Virus record (IMG/VR): IMGVR_UViG_3300027770_000026
Location: 1-64,000 of that record
Direction: 5' to 3' (one strand)
DNA: 64,000 nucleotides
Each line of letters opens with the position of its first letter. The first letter of the stretch is position 1. The position numbers were made by a program, and so were the translations under genes. The notes beneath the pieces were generated by a model that was given only the letters and a program-made list of their open reading frames with translations, had not been told where the DNA came from and searched no databases. Below are positions 1-10,767 of the stretch, one piece after another.

Positions 1-135
1 GGACCCTGTGGGCCAATCTCACCCTGTGGACCCTGTGGGCCAATCTCACCCTGTGGACCCTGTGGGCCAATCTCACCCTGTGGACCCTGTGGGCCAATCT
101 CACCCTGTGGGCCCTGTGGGCCAATCTCACCCTGT
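1..135. repeat. 5 x 27-bp tandem repeat encoding collagen (GEIGPQGPQ)n
   Basis: GGACCCTGTGGGCCAATCTCACCCTGT at 1, 28, 55, 82, 109 (last copy has one change). Confidence 0.95.
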
Positions 136-1274
136 GGGCCAACGCTACCTGTATAGCCAATTACATCGCTAGCTGAACCAGTGTAGCCATCTGTGCCAAC
201 GCTACCTGTATAGCCAATTACATCGCTAGCTGAACCAGTGTAGCCATCTGTGCCAATTGAACCAGTAAAACCAATACTACCTGTATAGCCCTGTGGGCCA
301 GTGTCGCCTGTGGGACCTGTTGGTCCTCTATTTCCCTGAAGACCCGGGTTACCTTGTGCGCCAAGTGAACCAGTATAACCCTGTGGACCTTGTGCGCCAT
401 TAGTACCTGCACTACCACTAAATCCTTGTTCGCCATTAGTACCTGCACTACCATTATAACCAGATTGTCCTCTTTGTCCTAGTGTTGCAGTGACTTGCCA
501 TCCGTTTACATTGTTATTATAAACAAAGTAAACATGTATACCTTGCAAGTTAATGAGAACATCCTGGGTGTCTCCTTCAATCAACGAGCCATTTCTTGTA
601 ACAGTGAGAGGATTAGTCGACCAATCATTTCCGTCTACAATGTAAATGTAATCTCCTATTGAAGGAGAAGCAGGCAATGTTATGGTAAAAGAACCGCCAG
701 TAGTATCGGCGATATAGTGTCCGGTTGAAACAGCAGTGGTATTAGAGGTGATACGTATCCAACTAGATATAGCATCGGTTCCTGCGCTACCAACATATCC
801 GCGTGATCCAACATATCCGCGTGATCCAGCAAATCCGCTAAATCCCCCTGATCCTGTATAACCCGGACTAATTAATGCAGGATCTAACCATGATCTTGTG
901 CCGGCAGTTAAACGTACAGTAGAAACAACGCCACTATTGTTTATGGTTAGAGACGGATCATAACTGCGGTCAATCTTAATTCGAATGTAGGTAAAATTGC
1001 CCACAAAGTTTTCTGTTTCGTCGCCATTTGTTGCATTGTCGTATTGCTTATACGACGCACCATTGGTCCATGTTAGTTCAAACCAGTCTTCGGTACCAGG
1101 CGCATTCGCTAGTGTTGCTTGTACAGTGACACGTCCTTTAAACTGATTTAGATTCCACTGTACAGTGTAGAACCCACTCCTGGCACTAAGGCTCCCGCCT
1201 ACTGCGTAAGCGTCACCAATTATGTCAAGACTACCTGATGAGGTAGTTAATAGTATCAGATTATTTGCGGGCAT
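1..1274 (-). CDS. Collagen-like tail fibre/virion structural protein (3' end runs off the window)
   Basis: Not in ORF track; read manually from ATG 1274: MPANNLILL...; G-X-Y runs ([14 protein letters not shown]), open to position 1. Confidence 0.8.
   Translation of the reverse strand, partial: MPANNLILLTTSSGSLDIIGDAYAVGGSLSARSGFYTVQWNLNQFKGRVTVQATLANAPGTEDWFELTWTNGASYKQYDNATNGDETENFVGNFTYIRIKIDRSYDPSLTINNSGVVSTVRLTAGTRSWLDPALISPGYTGSGGFSGFAGSRGYVGSRGYVGSAGTDAISSWIRITSNTTAVSTGHYIADTTGGSFTITLPASPSIGDYIYIVDGNDWSTNPLTVTRNGSLIEGDTQDVLINLQGIHVYFVYNNNVNGWQVTATLGQRGQSGYNGSAGTNGEQGFSGSAGTNGAQGPQGYTGSLGAQGNPGLQGNRGPTGPTGDTGPQGYTGSIGFTGSIGTDGYTGSASDVIGYTGSVGTDGYTGSASDVIGYTGSVGPQGEIGPQGPQGEIGPQGPQGEIGPQGPQGEIGPQGPQGEIGPQG
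139..256. repeat. 57-bp tandem duplication inside the fibre gene
   Basis: 139-195 repeated at 196-252; encodes [19 protein letters not shown] twice. Confidence 0.9.
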
Positions 1275-1277
1275 TTG

Positions 1278-1442
1278 TTACTCTTCGACAAGCTCAACTA
1301 CAATACCATCACCAACTAGTTCTTGTACAACTTGTTCTATACTATTTATAGCCTTGCTATCTAGCAGTTTTTCATCCGCATCTGAGTCTTTGACTAGCTT
1401 ACTAACCTTAATTATAACCAATTCTTCAACAATTTTAGCCAT
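1278..1442 (-). CDS. Small hypothetical protein (54 aa)
   Basis: Manual: MAKIVEELVIIKVSK...VELVEE*, AAGGA RBS and upstream TAAATA. Confidence 0.75.
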   Translation of the reverse strand: MAKIVEELVIIKVSKLVKDSDADEKLLDSKAINSIEQVVQELVGDGIVVELVEE

Positions 1443-1500
1443 AGTAAGTATCCTTTGAGTTATTTATTAAAATATAAACTAAACGGTAAAAATTAAAATC

Positions 1501-1529
1501 AAAAAAAAGCACGGAGTTACCCGTGCTTT
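1501..1529 (-). terminator. Intrinsic terminator after clpA
   Basis: AAAGCACGG/CCGTGCTTT stem with U8 tract on minus strand. Confidence 0.8.
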
Positions 1530-1549
1530 GCTGCAATTTACTGCAACAT

Positions 1550-3769
1550 TTACCTAGATGTCGTTAATAACAACTTATCTGTATCTCTATCAAATTGGAA
1601 TGTTACACGCTTTTTAGCTGCACCAATTGCTAGTAATTTACGACTTAGCGGTACCTTAATTAGTTGATCAATCGCCCTACCCATCGGACGTGCGCCCATT
1701 TTCTCGTCGTATCCCTTTTCTAGCAGCAGATCATATGCAGCATCTGTGAGAGCAATCTCACAGTTCTTGTCTGCAATAAGTTCATTAATCTCACGTACAA
1801 ACTTACCTGCAATCGTGCGGATATTTGCACGATCCAGCTTGTTGAATTTGATTACTGCGTCCAGTCGATTGCGGAATTCTGGCGCAAAGAATTCCTTTGT
1901 GGCCTTTTCTTCGTCATCCCTACTTTGATGTATAAAGCCCAAACCAGGTCGTTCTGCTTGTGCAGCACCCAAGTTACTAGTTAATATCACAATACAGCTA
2001 CGGCAGTCTACCCGCTTACCATTGCTGCTGGTAATCCAACCACTGTCCATGATCTGTAGCAGTACATTGCTAACCTGTGGATCTGCTTTTTCAATTTCGT
2101 CTAGTAGCAGTACACAATGAGGATTCTTTTCCACTGCAGAGATTAGCAAGCCGCCGCCAAGATTAGCATCCTCATAGCCAACATATCCAGGAGGTGCGCC
2201 AATTAGCTTGGCAACGCTGTGCTTTTCCTGATATTCACTCATGTCAAACTTAGCAAAGTGAACGCCCATTGCATCGGCGAGCGTCTTAGCTAGTTCAGTC
2301 TTACCTACACCAGTTGGACCTAGGAACAAGAACTGCGCAACAGGACGATTTGGACTCTTAAGTCCTGACCTGCTGATCGTAATACGTTCAATTACCATGT
2401 CCACTGCATGTGTTTGTCCAAACACCCTGTCCTTAATAGTCTTTTCAATGAGGTCAATGCTGTCTGCAGTCTTGATCTTCTCGCTCTTGAACACTTCAAC
2501 AGGCAGCTTAGTAGTCTTGCTCAGTTCCTCATAGATGTCATCACTGTGCAACTTCTTGATCTTCTTAAGACGACTGCGTGTCATAGCAGCATCTAGTATG
2601 TCAATGCACTTGTCGGGCTGCTTACGATCTGAAATCCAACGGTCACTGAGGTCAACACACAGTTCTAACTGTGCAGGAGTCACGTTTACTGCATGGAAGT
2701 CCTGATACTTGCTACGCAGACCCTGCAGAATCTCCACACACAATGCGCGATTTGGCTCGTCAACAGTAATACGATTAAATCGACGCATCATCGCGCGATC
2801 CTTTTCAAAGCTCTTACGGTAATCTTCCCATGTAGTGGCGGCAATTACCTTAAACTCGCGTCGACTTAGCCCTGGCTTAAGCATGTTAGCTAGGTCCATA
2901 CTGCTGTTTTGTCCGGCACCTGCGCCATTTAGCATATGTGCTTCATCGATAAACAACACGCTGTTTGGCTTCTTAGCTAGTGCAGAGGTAACTTCCTTAA
3001 ACCGTTCTTCAAGATCGCCTCGATACTTGGTACCTGCCATCATTGCAGAAATATCTAGACTCCAAATTTCAATCTTGGCAAGTGATTCTGGAATATCCTT
3101 GCTAACGACTCGCTGTGCTAGTCCTTCTACAATAGCAGTCTTACCTACACCCGGATCGCCAATTAGCAACGCATTATGTTTAGTACGACGACTAAGAATG
3201 TGCACCAACTGGTCTAGTTCATTTTCTCGTCCTAACATGGGATCTAGCTTGTTAGTAGCAGCCATGTCGCTGATATTGATACAGTAGGTGCGTAGTACTT
3301 TGGTATCATCGTCGTCAGGCGAGATAGCAGGAACTAAACACTTTACTAGAACTTTCTTAGTAATGCCAAAATTCTTAGCTTGTGTAGCAGCCCAGGACTG
3401 TTGTTCGTCTAGCATGCTATCTAGAATGTCAATACAATCTACTTCGCGCTGCGAATAGAATACACCCTGTCCAAATGCACGATTCATTACTCGTTCAATG
3501 CTTTTAGTTTCTTTTGGCGTGCTGTCGTTTGATTTGGGAATTTCGTTTTCTACGAACGAAACTAATTCCTGCTTATAGTCGTTTACTTTAACATGTAGAG
3601 TTTTGAGTTTAGATACCAGTTCACGATCCTCTTCGAGGATAGCTAGTACTAGTACTTCAATGGTAATGTATTCGCATTCATTCTTACGGGCAATATCGTT
3701 TGCTCGAATAAGAGCTCGCTGCAACGTATGACTTGGTGCTGCGATTAGCATGGGTTTTTCTTTGGCCAT
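1550..3769 (-). CDS. clpA: ClpA-like AAA+ unfoldase (ATP-dependent Clp protease ATP-binding subunit)
   Basis: Clp N-domain, two Walker A (GDPGVGKT, GPTGVGKT), GAMMAGTKYRG-like and GAPPGYVG pore loops, short linker without ClpB M-domain. Confidence 0.93.
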   Translation of the reverse strand: MAKEKPMLIAAPSHTLQRALIRANDIARKNECEYITIEVLVLAILEEDRELVSKLKTLHVKVNDYKQELVSFVENEIPKSNDSTPKETKSIERVMNRAFGQGVFYSQREVDCIDILDSMLDEQQSWAATQAKNFGITKKVLVKCLVPAISPDDDDTKVLRTYCINISDMAATNKLDPMLGRENELDQLVHILSRRTKHNALLIGDPGVGKTAIVEGLAQRVVSKDIPESLAKIEIWSLDISAMMAGTKYRGDLEERFKEVTSALAKKPNSVLFIDEAHMLNGAGAGQNSSMDLANMLKPGLSRREFKVIAATTWEDYRKSFEKDRAMMRRFNRITVDEPNRALCVEILQGLRSKYQDFHAVNVTPAQLELCVDLSDRWISDRKQPDKCIDILDAAMTRSRLKKIKKLHSDDIYEELSKTTKLPVEVFKSEKIKTADSIDLIEKTIKDRVFGQTHAVDMVIERITISRSGLKSPNRPVAQFLFLGPTGVGKTELAKTLADAMGVHFAKFDMSEYQEKHSVAKLIGAPPGYVGYEDANLGGGLLISAVEKNPHCVLLLDEIEKADPQVSNVLLQIMDSGWITSSNGKRVDCRSCIVILTSNLGAAQAERPGLGFIHQSRDDEEKATKEFFAPEFRNRLDAVIKFNKLDRANIRTIAGKFVREINELIADKNCEIALTDAAYDLLLEKGYDEKMGARPMGRAIDQLIKVPLSRKLLAIGAAKKRVTFQFDRDTDKLLLTTSR

Positions 3770-4380
3770 ATGTATTTGGGTTGGACTGAAATGTCTAACC
3801 TATCTCCCTCATTGATTTTGTAACCTTGTGATATTAACACAGCATGACCGTTATCGTCAACGCTTAGTTTGAGCAATTGCCGATCCCATGTAGCAGATAT
3901 AACTCTGGTTTCTAATACTGATACAAGATCTAGTTTTGGTTGCCAAATTAGTTGCTCTTCTTGCCAAACTAGTTCGTCGTTCTCTAGTGTAATGTTTACC
4001 ATGAGATTGAGCTGATTGGCACGTACCAGTATTGATTTATTACGACCCCATTCTGCTTCCCATTCGGGAATTAGTATAGAGCATTCTAATATTTCACTAA
4101 GATAATCAAATCTCACTGTGATGTATTGTGGGCGCAATACTTCGCTGCAGCCCAATGTTACTGCTACAGGAACAGTGCTTACTGTTTTTTTAATTTCAAC
4201 TATAGTACTACTTTTAACAAGTGCTTGTTCGTATGCTGCACGTAGCAGTTTAAACAATTCTGGGTCGCCGCCATGATCCGGATGATATTGACTGGCTAGT
4301 TTACGCCATGCGTGGCTAATTGCTTGTTTGTCTCTTGTGGGCTTTAACTTAAGTACTTTCCAAGGATCATCCGTGGACAT
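3745..4380 (-). CDS. J-domain (DnaJ/CbpA-like) co-chaperone
   Basis: N-terminal J domain with HPD motif (QYHPDHGGD). Confidence 0.85.
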   Translation of the reverse strand: MSTDDPWKVLKLKPTRDKQAISHAWRKLASQYHPDHGGDPELFKLLRAAYEQALVKSSTIVEIKKTVSTVPVAVTLGCSEVLRPQYITVRFDYLSEILECSILIPEWEAEWGRNKSILVRANQLNLMVNITLENDELVWQEEQLIWQPKLDLVSVLETRVISATWDRQLLKLSVDDNGHAVLISQGYKINEGDRLDISVQPKYIWPKKNPC

Positions 4381-4388
4381 TGCGATTA

Positions 4389-4598
4389 TCAGCTAGGAGA
4401 GACCGAAGAGATTATGCTTCTGGTAATTCGCTCTTCTAGTATGGATTTTTGCATATCAACTTGTTCTAAAAATTCTAGGGAATCTGCACCACCTTCGGGC
4501 AAGTACATGGTGCGAGTGTAACTTTCGCCTCGTTCATTTTCAAAACGAACTTGTACTCTGTTGCCCTTTATAGGTATTACTGTATGTGTGAATGCCAT
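4389..4598 (-). CDS. Hypothetical protein
   Basis: 69-aa ORF tiling the operon. Confidence 0.65.
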   Translation of the reverse strand: MAFTHTVIPIKGNRVQVRFENERGESYTRTMYLPEGGADSLEFLEQVDMQKSILEERITRSIISSVSPS

Positions 4599-4600
4599 AT

Positions 4601-4828
4601 TTAATCCTTGTATCGGTAAACGATCCTTCCCTTGGTTAGATCATAGGGACTCATTTCAAGTTTTACTCTATCCCCACATAAAATATTTATGTTATTAATA
4701 CGAATCTTACCGCTTAAATGTGCAAGTATCGAATGGTTGCTTTCGCCTAATACAACCGCAACTCTAAAGGTTGCATTGGGCAAGCATTCGGTTACTGCAC
4801 CGTCTATGGACACTACTTCTTTAGACAT
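4601..4828 (-). CDS. infA: Translation initiation factor IF-1
   Basis: [10 protein letters not shown]...AHLSGKIR...[21 protein letters not shown]. Confidence 0.96.
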   Translation of the reverse strand: MSKEVVSIDGAVTECLPNATFRVAVVLGESNHSILAHLSGKIRINNINILCGDRVKLEMSPYDLTKGRIVYRYKD

Positions 4829-5537
4829 TCAATGAGACTAATATTTTTTGATTTGATTTGGAATTGGTTAACAGGAAATTTGATCCTGATTCTTGTATGT
4901 TAATATTTGGACCTAGCATTTTACCTAGCCATGTTGCTGCTGTGTTACTTATAGCTGGTTCGTTGCCTTCCTCCAAATCTTCTGATGGAGCTTCATTTAC
5001 TAGTGTAAAATTGATTGCGGAATGCATCTTGTGAGGTTGGAAAAACTGTTGTAGGCTTAATTGATCACCTTCTACTACAACGGTGTTGAAAGGAGCATCA
5101 CTGAAAAACTCCATCATGCTTTCTTTCTTGTGTTGATTTTGTTGTTCGTAATATTCTTCTGGCGATGCAGCAACCTTTTGCTCTAGATTGGATAGCTTAA
5201 CATGGTGTACTGTGAGCTTCTTGCCCACATTGAACTGCCAACGTAGTGTACCAGTTAAGCGTTCAGTGATATCCAACACTTCCATAATGCGTTCATGTAG
5301 GCGACGGTTGCGACGAATTTCAGCAAATACTAGGAACTTGCCTGCATTATCTTCGCCAGTACTAACGTCGCAATCTAATATCCATGAACCTTCTTTTTCT
5401 AAAAACTTGGATAAGTCTCTTGCAGCATATTCTCCCCGTACACGAAAGGAAATCACACAAACGTCGTCGTCGCTGCCCGACTTAGCAGAGTACACATCAA
5501 TTCCGATGTGTGCAGAAACCATTTTTTCAAGATCCAT
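4821..5537 (-). CDS. Hypothetical protein (ATG 5537 preferred over GTG 5588)
   Basis: Long ORF; ATG 10 nt after the upstream stop. Confidence 0.7.
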   Translation of the reverse strand: MDLEKMVSAHIGIDVYSAKSGSDDDVCVISFRVRGEYAARDLSKFLEKEGSWILDCDVSTGEDNAGKFLVFAEIRRNRRLHERIMEVLDITERLTGTLRWQFNVGKKLTVHHVKLSNLEQKVAASPEEYYEQQNQHKKESMMEFFSDAPFNTVVVEGDQLSLQQFFQPHKMHSAINFTLVNEAPSEDLEEGNEPAISNTAATWLGKMLGPNINIQESGSNFLLTNSKSNQKILVSLNV

Positions 5538-5547
5538 TGTTGATAAA

Positions 5548-6090
5548 CTACCCACTAAAGTTTTCTTCCGTTCCCTGATTAACCGCACCCTGCTTGTCTA
5601 GATCTTCGTCATATGCTTGATCTAATTCGGACAAGTCCATCTTCTCACCGCCTAAGTCCATATAACCCTTTTCAACTTCCTGGGTTAGGTGCTTGGGTAT
5701 GCTGATCTCAACAACCCAAACTGGATGTTTAACCAACTTGGGATAGAATGTACCTGGTTTAAAATCTTCTCTGCTTTCTACATGCTTTGGACGATTGAGG
5801 TCACCTGTATGTACAGACACGTCAATCCCGTTATTCTGCATGCGCTTGATAAACAGTGGATCCGGCGGCATTTTCTTAGGCCATATGAACTTGCAGGTTA
5901 CCCAATAGCGTGTGCTAATTGGCCCCTCTGCTAGCTCCCCCCTGCCCCAGTTCTTGTATGCATATACGTCTAGGTTATCTAGCACCCGCTCGTAGTCTGT
6001 TAGGATCTCCAACAGATTAGTGCTTTCGTAGATTCCCTTGATATTCTCAATGAGTTCTTTCAGTTCTACAGTCTTAGACAGGTTGCTCAT
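5548..6090 (-). CDS. Hypothetical protein
   Basis: 180-aa ORF, TAAATA 7 nt upstream of ATG. Confidence 0.75.
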   Translation of the reverse strand: MSNLSKTVELKELIENIKGIYESTNLLEILTDYERVLDNLDVYAYKNWGRGELAEGPISTRYWVTCKFIWPKKMPPDPLFIKRMQNNGIDVSVHTGDLNRPKHVESREDFKPGTFYPKLVKHPVWVVEISIPKHLTQEVEKGYMDLGGEKMDLSELDQAYDEDLDKQGAVNQGTEENFSG

Positions 6091-6187
6091 AGTGTTTTAT
6101 TTATACCAAATCTATCACTAAACTTGTTTTTGACTGCCATGAGTAAATACTTTGAGGGCGAACTGCCCCTACTAGAGGAGATAAACC

Positions 6188-6913
6188 TTGAGAAAAAGAC
6201 TAAAGGCTGTTGGAAAACAGCAAACAGTAGCATACGAAGATAACTTATTACACTTAGTTCCCGAACTAAAGAAAAAGAAGGTTGAACTTAAAGCAAGGAA
6301 CCCCAACCAACAATATTACATACAATTACTTGAAGATTGGAATAAAACCATAGTATTTGCCTCGGGGCCAGCAGGCACAGGCAAAACACTGTTAGCTGTT
6401 CAAGCAGCAGTGAAAGCGTTCATGAACCGCGATGTAGACAAAATAGTTCTCACCCGCCCCGCAGTAACAGTAGAAGAAGATCACGGCTTTTTGCCTGGCA
6501 CCCTAAATGAAAAAATGGAGCCATGGACTAAGCCTATCTTTGACGTACTGCAAGACTATTGGAGCACCAAACAGATTGAGTACTATTTGGAACACGGTAA
6601 AATTGAAATCAGTCCTCTAGCTTTTATGCGTGGACGCACTATGAAACGAGCTTGGATTATTGCAGACGAAATGCAAAATGCCACAGTGAATCAGATGAAG
6701 ATGCTGCTCACACGCATCGGCGATGACAGTAGAATGGTCATAACCGGCGACCTCAATCAAGGAGACCGTATCCGCGATAACGGACTACGTGACTTCATTG
6801 AAAGAAGCCGCATGTATGTTTCGCCCTACTTGTCATTTGTAAGTTTTGATCACGCAGATATTGAACGTCACCCTGCGGTACGTGCAATCCTGCAGATATA
6901 CGGAGACGAGTAA
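6188..6913 (+). CDS. phoH: PhoH-like ATPase
   Basis: GPAGTGKT, LTRPAV, EISPLAFMRGRT, DEMQN, GDLNQ, RHPAV. Confidence 0.95.
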   Translation: MRKRLKAVGKQQTVAYEDNLLHLVPELKKKKVELKARNPNQQYYIQLLEDWNKTIVFASGPAGTGKTLLAVQAAVKAFMNRDVDKIVLTRPAVTVEEDHGFLPGTLNEKMEPWTKPIFDVLQDYWSTKQIEYYLEHGKIEISPLAFMRGRTMKRAWIIADEMQNATVNQMKMLLTRIGDDSRMVITGDLNQGDRIRDNGLRDFIERSRMYVSPYLSFVSFDHADIERHPAVRAILQIYGDE

Positions 6914-7765
6914 CTAAGCAACCACGCGATATTCTTCGATACAACGAATATACGTGTTGCCTAGACCCAGTATTAGCAGGCCAAGGTTAGAATCATCTTC
7001 GAACCAAAGCCTGCTAGTACCACGCCACATATGATCCCACAGGTTAGTGGAAGCAATCCTTTCGTGTTCAAATTGAATAATGCTTTCGAGATTTGCGTTA
7101 GGCAAGCAGGCATTTTGCTCCACTAGATCCTTGATCATGCTCAACAGTCCAGTATTGTTAACTGCTAGGTCTCGCATACGCTTGAGTTCTATACTAAAAC
7201 GATAGCGATCATTCTTTAGCCGTTTCTTGCACACAATCTTGCGCATGACTGAATCTTCTGCAGCATGTTCGATCAGTGCTTGCTTGTGTGTATCGCTAAC
7301 AGGCTTGCCAACACAAACAACAAGTTCAGGAAAGTTCTTTAGCATTTCATCTTGCAAGGCACTAGTATTGCTAAAGAAACTCACACGCCGATGCTCTATA
7401 CGTGCAGTACCTAGGTCAAACGTGTCACGATGCTGTAGAAGAAAATCAACAAGCCGCTCGGCAGATTCAATATCTGCAACACTAACTAAAGGCTTTAGGG
7501 TATGCCACGAGCTGTTGATAGAGGTTTCCATTCGTTCAAACTCGCCACGATAGCTAATTACCATGTCGCCACGTTTAACTTTATCCTTCATCTCTGCAAA
7601 CCGTGTTTGCATGTAAGCAGACCAAGTTAGAGTGCCCTTGCGACCATACGCTCGCATGAAGCTCCTAATCTCGTATTTTGGAAACAGCACATGCTCCATC
7701 TGAATCATGTGCGTGTACTTTTTGTAGTACAGTCGACCAACGTGCTTTTCTAGAATCTTTTTCAT
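6914..7765 (-). CDS. Hypothetical protein
   Basis: 283-aa ORF coupled to the clamp-loader gene. Confidence 0.7.
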   Translation of the reverse strand: MKKILEKHVGRLYYKKYTHMIQMEHVLFPKYEIRSFMRAYGRKGTLTWSAYMQTRFAEMKDKVKRGDMVISYRGEFERMETSINSSWHTLKPLVSVADIESAERLVDFLLQHRDTFDLGTARIEHRRVSFFSNTSALQDEMLKNFPELVVCVGKPVSDTHKQALIEHAAEDSVMRKIVCKKRLKNDRYRFSIELKRMRDLAVNNTGLLSMIKDLVEQNACLPNANLESIIQFEHERIASTNLWDHMWRGTSRLWFEDDSNLGLLILGLGNTYIRCIEEYRVVA

Positions 7766-8685
7766 AGGCGACTCAACTCAATTAGGCATGCACTGAGATT
7801 GATTTCAGGATCAGCAACCAGTGCATGATTTACCAGTGCATTGCGGATCACCAGCAATGCGCCATCCTGACGTTCTTCATCTCCCCATAGATCCAAGTTG
7901 TCATACAGCCAACGATATACTTCGTTGTATTCTTCCGTAGCAACCTGTCCGCAAATTAGCTTGCGAGCTTCACGGATCTTGCCTGTGCGGAACAACTGTA
8001 CCATGTTCAACTTGTAGTCATCTGTGCGGTCATTGTCCGTAACTAACGACGCAAGTTTGCCACCACCGCTGTTCTGCTGCAGCTTGTTCAGTGCCTTGCG
8101 TAAGTCTGGATAGGTAACACGAACATAACTGTCCAGTTCATCTAAATCAAACTCCACACCTTCTTCTAACAACACAGTGGCACAACGAGCTGTGAACTCC
8201 ATCATGTCTGTCTTGTCGATATGAAAGCCCTGACACCTACTATGGATTGCGGGAATAATCTTGTTAGGATAGTTGCAAGTAAGAATAAACCTCACGTGGT
8301 CCGCAAAGGTTTCCATTAGGTTACGTAAGATAGCTTGTGCTGCCGGCGTGATGTAATCTGCCTCGTCCAGCAGCACCACCTTAAGGTCACCTAAGGCCAT
8401 GGTCTGACAAAAGCCGTAAATGGTATCACGGAAGTTATCAATCTTGTTCTCGCGACTGGCATTGATTTCCTTGATGTCATAGGGATTAACACCAATGGCT
8501 TCAATTAGAATCTTAGCCAGTGTGGTCTTGCCAGTTCCCGCAGCACCACTTAGTAGTAGATGAGGGATGTTCTTAGTGGCAATCCAGCCTTCGATTTGCT
8601 CGCGCTGACGCTGGTCCCTGAACACATACCCATCTACTGTCTTGGGTCGATACTTTTCAGTCCATAGGTTGTTGAGTACACTCAT
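7762..8685 (-). CDS. Clamp loader subunit (RFC small subunit/T4 gp44-like)
   Basis: WTEKYRP, GAAGTGKT, EINAS, LLDEAD, SRC motif. Confidence 0.93.
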   Translation of the reverse strand: MSVLNNLWTEKYRPKTVDGYVFRDQRQREQIEGWIATKNIPHLLLSGAAGTGKTTLAKILIEAIGVNPYDIKEINASRENKIDNFRDTIYGFCQTMALGDLKVVLLDEADYITPAAQAILRNLMETFADHVRFILTCNYPNKIIPAIHSRCQGFHIDKTDMMEFTARCATVLLEEGVEFDLDELDSYVRVTYPDLRKALNKLQQNSGGGKLASLVTDNDRTDDYKLNMVQLFRTGKIREARKLICGQVATEEYNEVYRWLYDNLDLWGDEERQDGALLVIRNALVNHALVADPEINLSACLIELSRL

Positions 8686-8850
8686 TCACACTACTCGCTT
8701 GATTACAATACGTCCAGTTTCATCAACTTGAATTTCAACTTCCGTGCCTTCATCCCAACCTAGATCATTGACCAACTCGGGTGGGAATTGCAGCACAGCA
8801 TCTCCGTTGTCAAGTATTTCTACAATGGTCGCAATGTACTGCTTACTCAC
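8686..8850 (-). CDS. AbrB/SpoVT-like small DNA-binding protein (54 aa)
   Basis: Manual, GTG start: ...NGDAVLQFPPELVNDLGWDEGTEVEIQVDETGRIVIKRVV*. Confidence 0.7.
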   Translation of the reverse strand: MSKQYIATIVEILDNGDAVLQFPPELVNDLGWDEGTEVEIQVDETGRIVIKRVV

Positions 8851-9395
8851 AGGTCACCCTCCGCACGGTTCTCGCTGCTCCACACATTAAATTTACCACC
8901 GGGATAACGTGCTTCCAACTTCTTTACATTTTCCGCAATAACATCATTGGGATCGAGATACAGTGCGCGGCAAGCATTAACCCAGTACCACATGATATCA
9001 CCTAGCTCACGCTTGAGATGATAGTGATTCTCTGCACTGAGATTCTTGCCCTGGAACAGCATTTTCTTTACGATCTCTTGGAATTCGCCGCTTTCGCTAC
9101 CCAATCCCAGCGCAGCAGTAATCAACAAGGATACATTAATATCTGGACCGTGCTGCATCTCACCATTCTCGCCATAGGCTTCGTAATTGGTATCAATCTC
9201 ATCCAACCTATCCATAAACGTAGTAAGGTCCTTGCTGGGCAAGCTGGTTACTTCGCGTACAAATTCGCTGTAGCGATTTAGGATAGTGGTGGGTGTAGCA
9301 CTTGTAGGTTTGCTAACTAGTGTGCGATTGGCATCCCCAAATTCACGAGCAAAAACGGTAGCCCCACCATCCGGCGATTCAAAAATCTTAGTCAT
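8847..9395 (-). CDS. MazG-like nucleoside triphosphate pyrophosphohydrolase
   Basis: GLGSESGEFQEIVKK...RELGDIMWY...NVKKLEARYP. Confidence 0.88.
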   Translation of the reverse strand: MTKIFESPDGGATVFAREFGDANRTLVSKPTSATPTTILNRYSEFVREVTSLPSKDLTTFMDRLDEIDTNYEAYGENGEMQHGPDINVSLLITAALGLGSESGEFQEIVKKMLFQGKNLSAENHYHLKRELGDIMWYWVNACRALYLDPNDVIAENVKKLEARYPGGKFNVWSSENRAEGDL

Positions 9396-9453
9396 TGTAT
9401 ACTCCTAGTGAACGAAAACTGTTTTACAATTATACGGTCTGTATTGTGTTATG

Positions 9454-10125
9454 TCAATGAAGTACTATGGATCCGTTGCGTATAGATTCGCAAGCCCGTG
9501 TATATATTGGAGATTCTATATCCATAAATCCATGTGCTACGTGTCTTGTAGTAGTTGCCCACGGGGAATAACTGAAACAATTGGTAATTATATAGTTCGT
9601 TCGATTCATTATCAGTTGTGCATTAAATGCCCAATCATCTCCAAAGTAAATGTTTAATCCGTCGGGAATAACATTCCAATTTTCTTTATGCACAAAGAAT
9701 AAACTGCCAAACCCGTAAGTGTGTTGTCTGGTCCAGGGTATAATATCAATACTCCCGTCAATGAATGGAGGTTGATTAAACGCTGGGTTGCCTGGACACA
9801 GACCCACAAGACCAATGTCTTTAGTTAAGAACTTGTCTACTTTATAGAATAATTTAAGATCAACAATAACGTCATCGTTTAGGATACACACCTTATCATT
9901 TTTACTAACTCTAACCCCAAAGTTCCATGCAGGATTTACATAAACATTGCGCGCTGCGTTGGCTAGTTTAACTTTTGGATGTGATAAGTTGATATTATTT
10001 GGCATTGCCTTAACGTCATTATTGATAATGATAATTTCATCAATGACATCAATATTTGCTAGATCTCCTACAAAGTCTGCAAATGGTTCAAACTTCCACA
10101 TTGTAGGAACAACAACAGTAATCAT
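9454..10125 (-). CDS. GT2-like glycosyltransferase
   Basis: VVVPT, EIIIINND, ILNDD, GDDW. Confidence 0.8.
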   Translation of the reverse strand: MITVVVPTMWKFEPFADFVGDLANIDVIDEIIIINNDVKAMPNNINLSHPKVKLANAARNVYVNPAWNFGVRVSKNDKVCILNDDVIVDLKLFYKVDKFLTKDIGLVGLCPGNPAFNQPPFIDGSIDIIPWTRQHTYGFGSLFFVHKENWNVIPDGLNIYFGDDWAFNAQLIMNRTNYIITNCFSYSPWATTTRHVAHGFMDIESPIYTRACESIRNGSIVLH

Positions 10126-10475
10126 AGTTCGTGATCCAATGGTGCGCTTTCGTGTACAGCCATAATATCTTTAACGTCTACTCGACGAATCATAACTTCT
10201 TTGTCTGCTCCGTCCTCTAGATATTTTACACCTCTGGTCCATCGACCGTGTGCGATCAGTACCCATTGTCCAACTTCAAAATCAGTTTGCTCGGGACCAA
10301 GAGCATGTATTCGTGCCCAACGCGGACGAATGCCACGATCCTTACCGTCATCGTCTAGTATCAAAATACCGTGTTGCGTAAATCTATGATCAAAGACCAT
10401 ATCGGTTACAAGAATATGGTCTTTGATTGGACGCAGCTTACCTGTAACTGTTGGAACTATTGCTTTATCGCTCAT
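10122..10475 (-). CDS. groS: GroES-like co-chaperonin
   Basis: LRPIKDHILV...GILIL...ALGP...VGQWV...DIMAV. Confidence 0.8.
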   Translation of the reverse strand: MSDKAIVPTVTGKLRPIKDHILVTDMVFDHRFTQHGILILDDDGKDRGIRPRWARIHALGPEQTDFEVGQWVLIAHGRWTRGVKYLEDGADKEVMIRRVDVKDIMAVHESAPLDHEL

Positions 10476-10747
10476 TCTTCTAATCCTTCTATTCCTTCGG
10501 GGTCTTCGAGCGGATCGGGTTTTTCTTCTGGTGGGGGCGGAGCAGCTTGAGCCTTCAGTGCCTTTTGGCGTTGGTAATATTCTCGCGCTTTTTGTTCGCG
10601 TGTTTTAACAACAGAGCCACCGGGGCCAAGTTCATCTCCACGAGCATTAGCTTGCATATTACCCACGGCAACTGCTAATTCGTTTTTTCTAAACAAGGCT
10701 TCAATATCAACTTGTTCGCCTTGCATGGTTCTATAAATCTTAGGCAT
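10472..10747 (-). CDS. Hypothetical protein
   Basis: 91-aa ORF with RBS. Confidence 0.7.
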   Translation of the reverse strand: MPKIYRTMQGEQVDIEALFRKNELAVAVGNMQANARGDELGPGGSVVKTREQKAREYYQRQKALKAQAAPPPPEEKPDPLEDPEGIEGLEE

Positions 10748-10767
10748 GTATGTGTCCTCAAGGATAC

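Noticed and set aside
1-135. Possible CRISPR array (27-bp repeats)
   Set aside because: Repeats are contiguous with no spacers and encode collagen G-X-Y in frame
218-454. 78-aa ORF in the ORF track
   Set aside because: Alternative-frame shadow of the collagen-like gene
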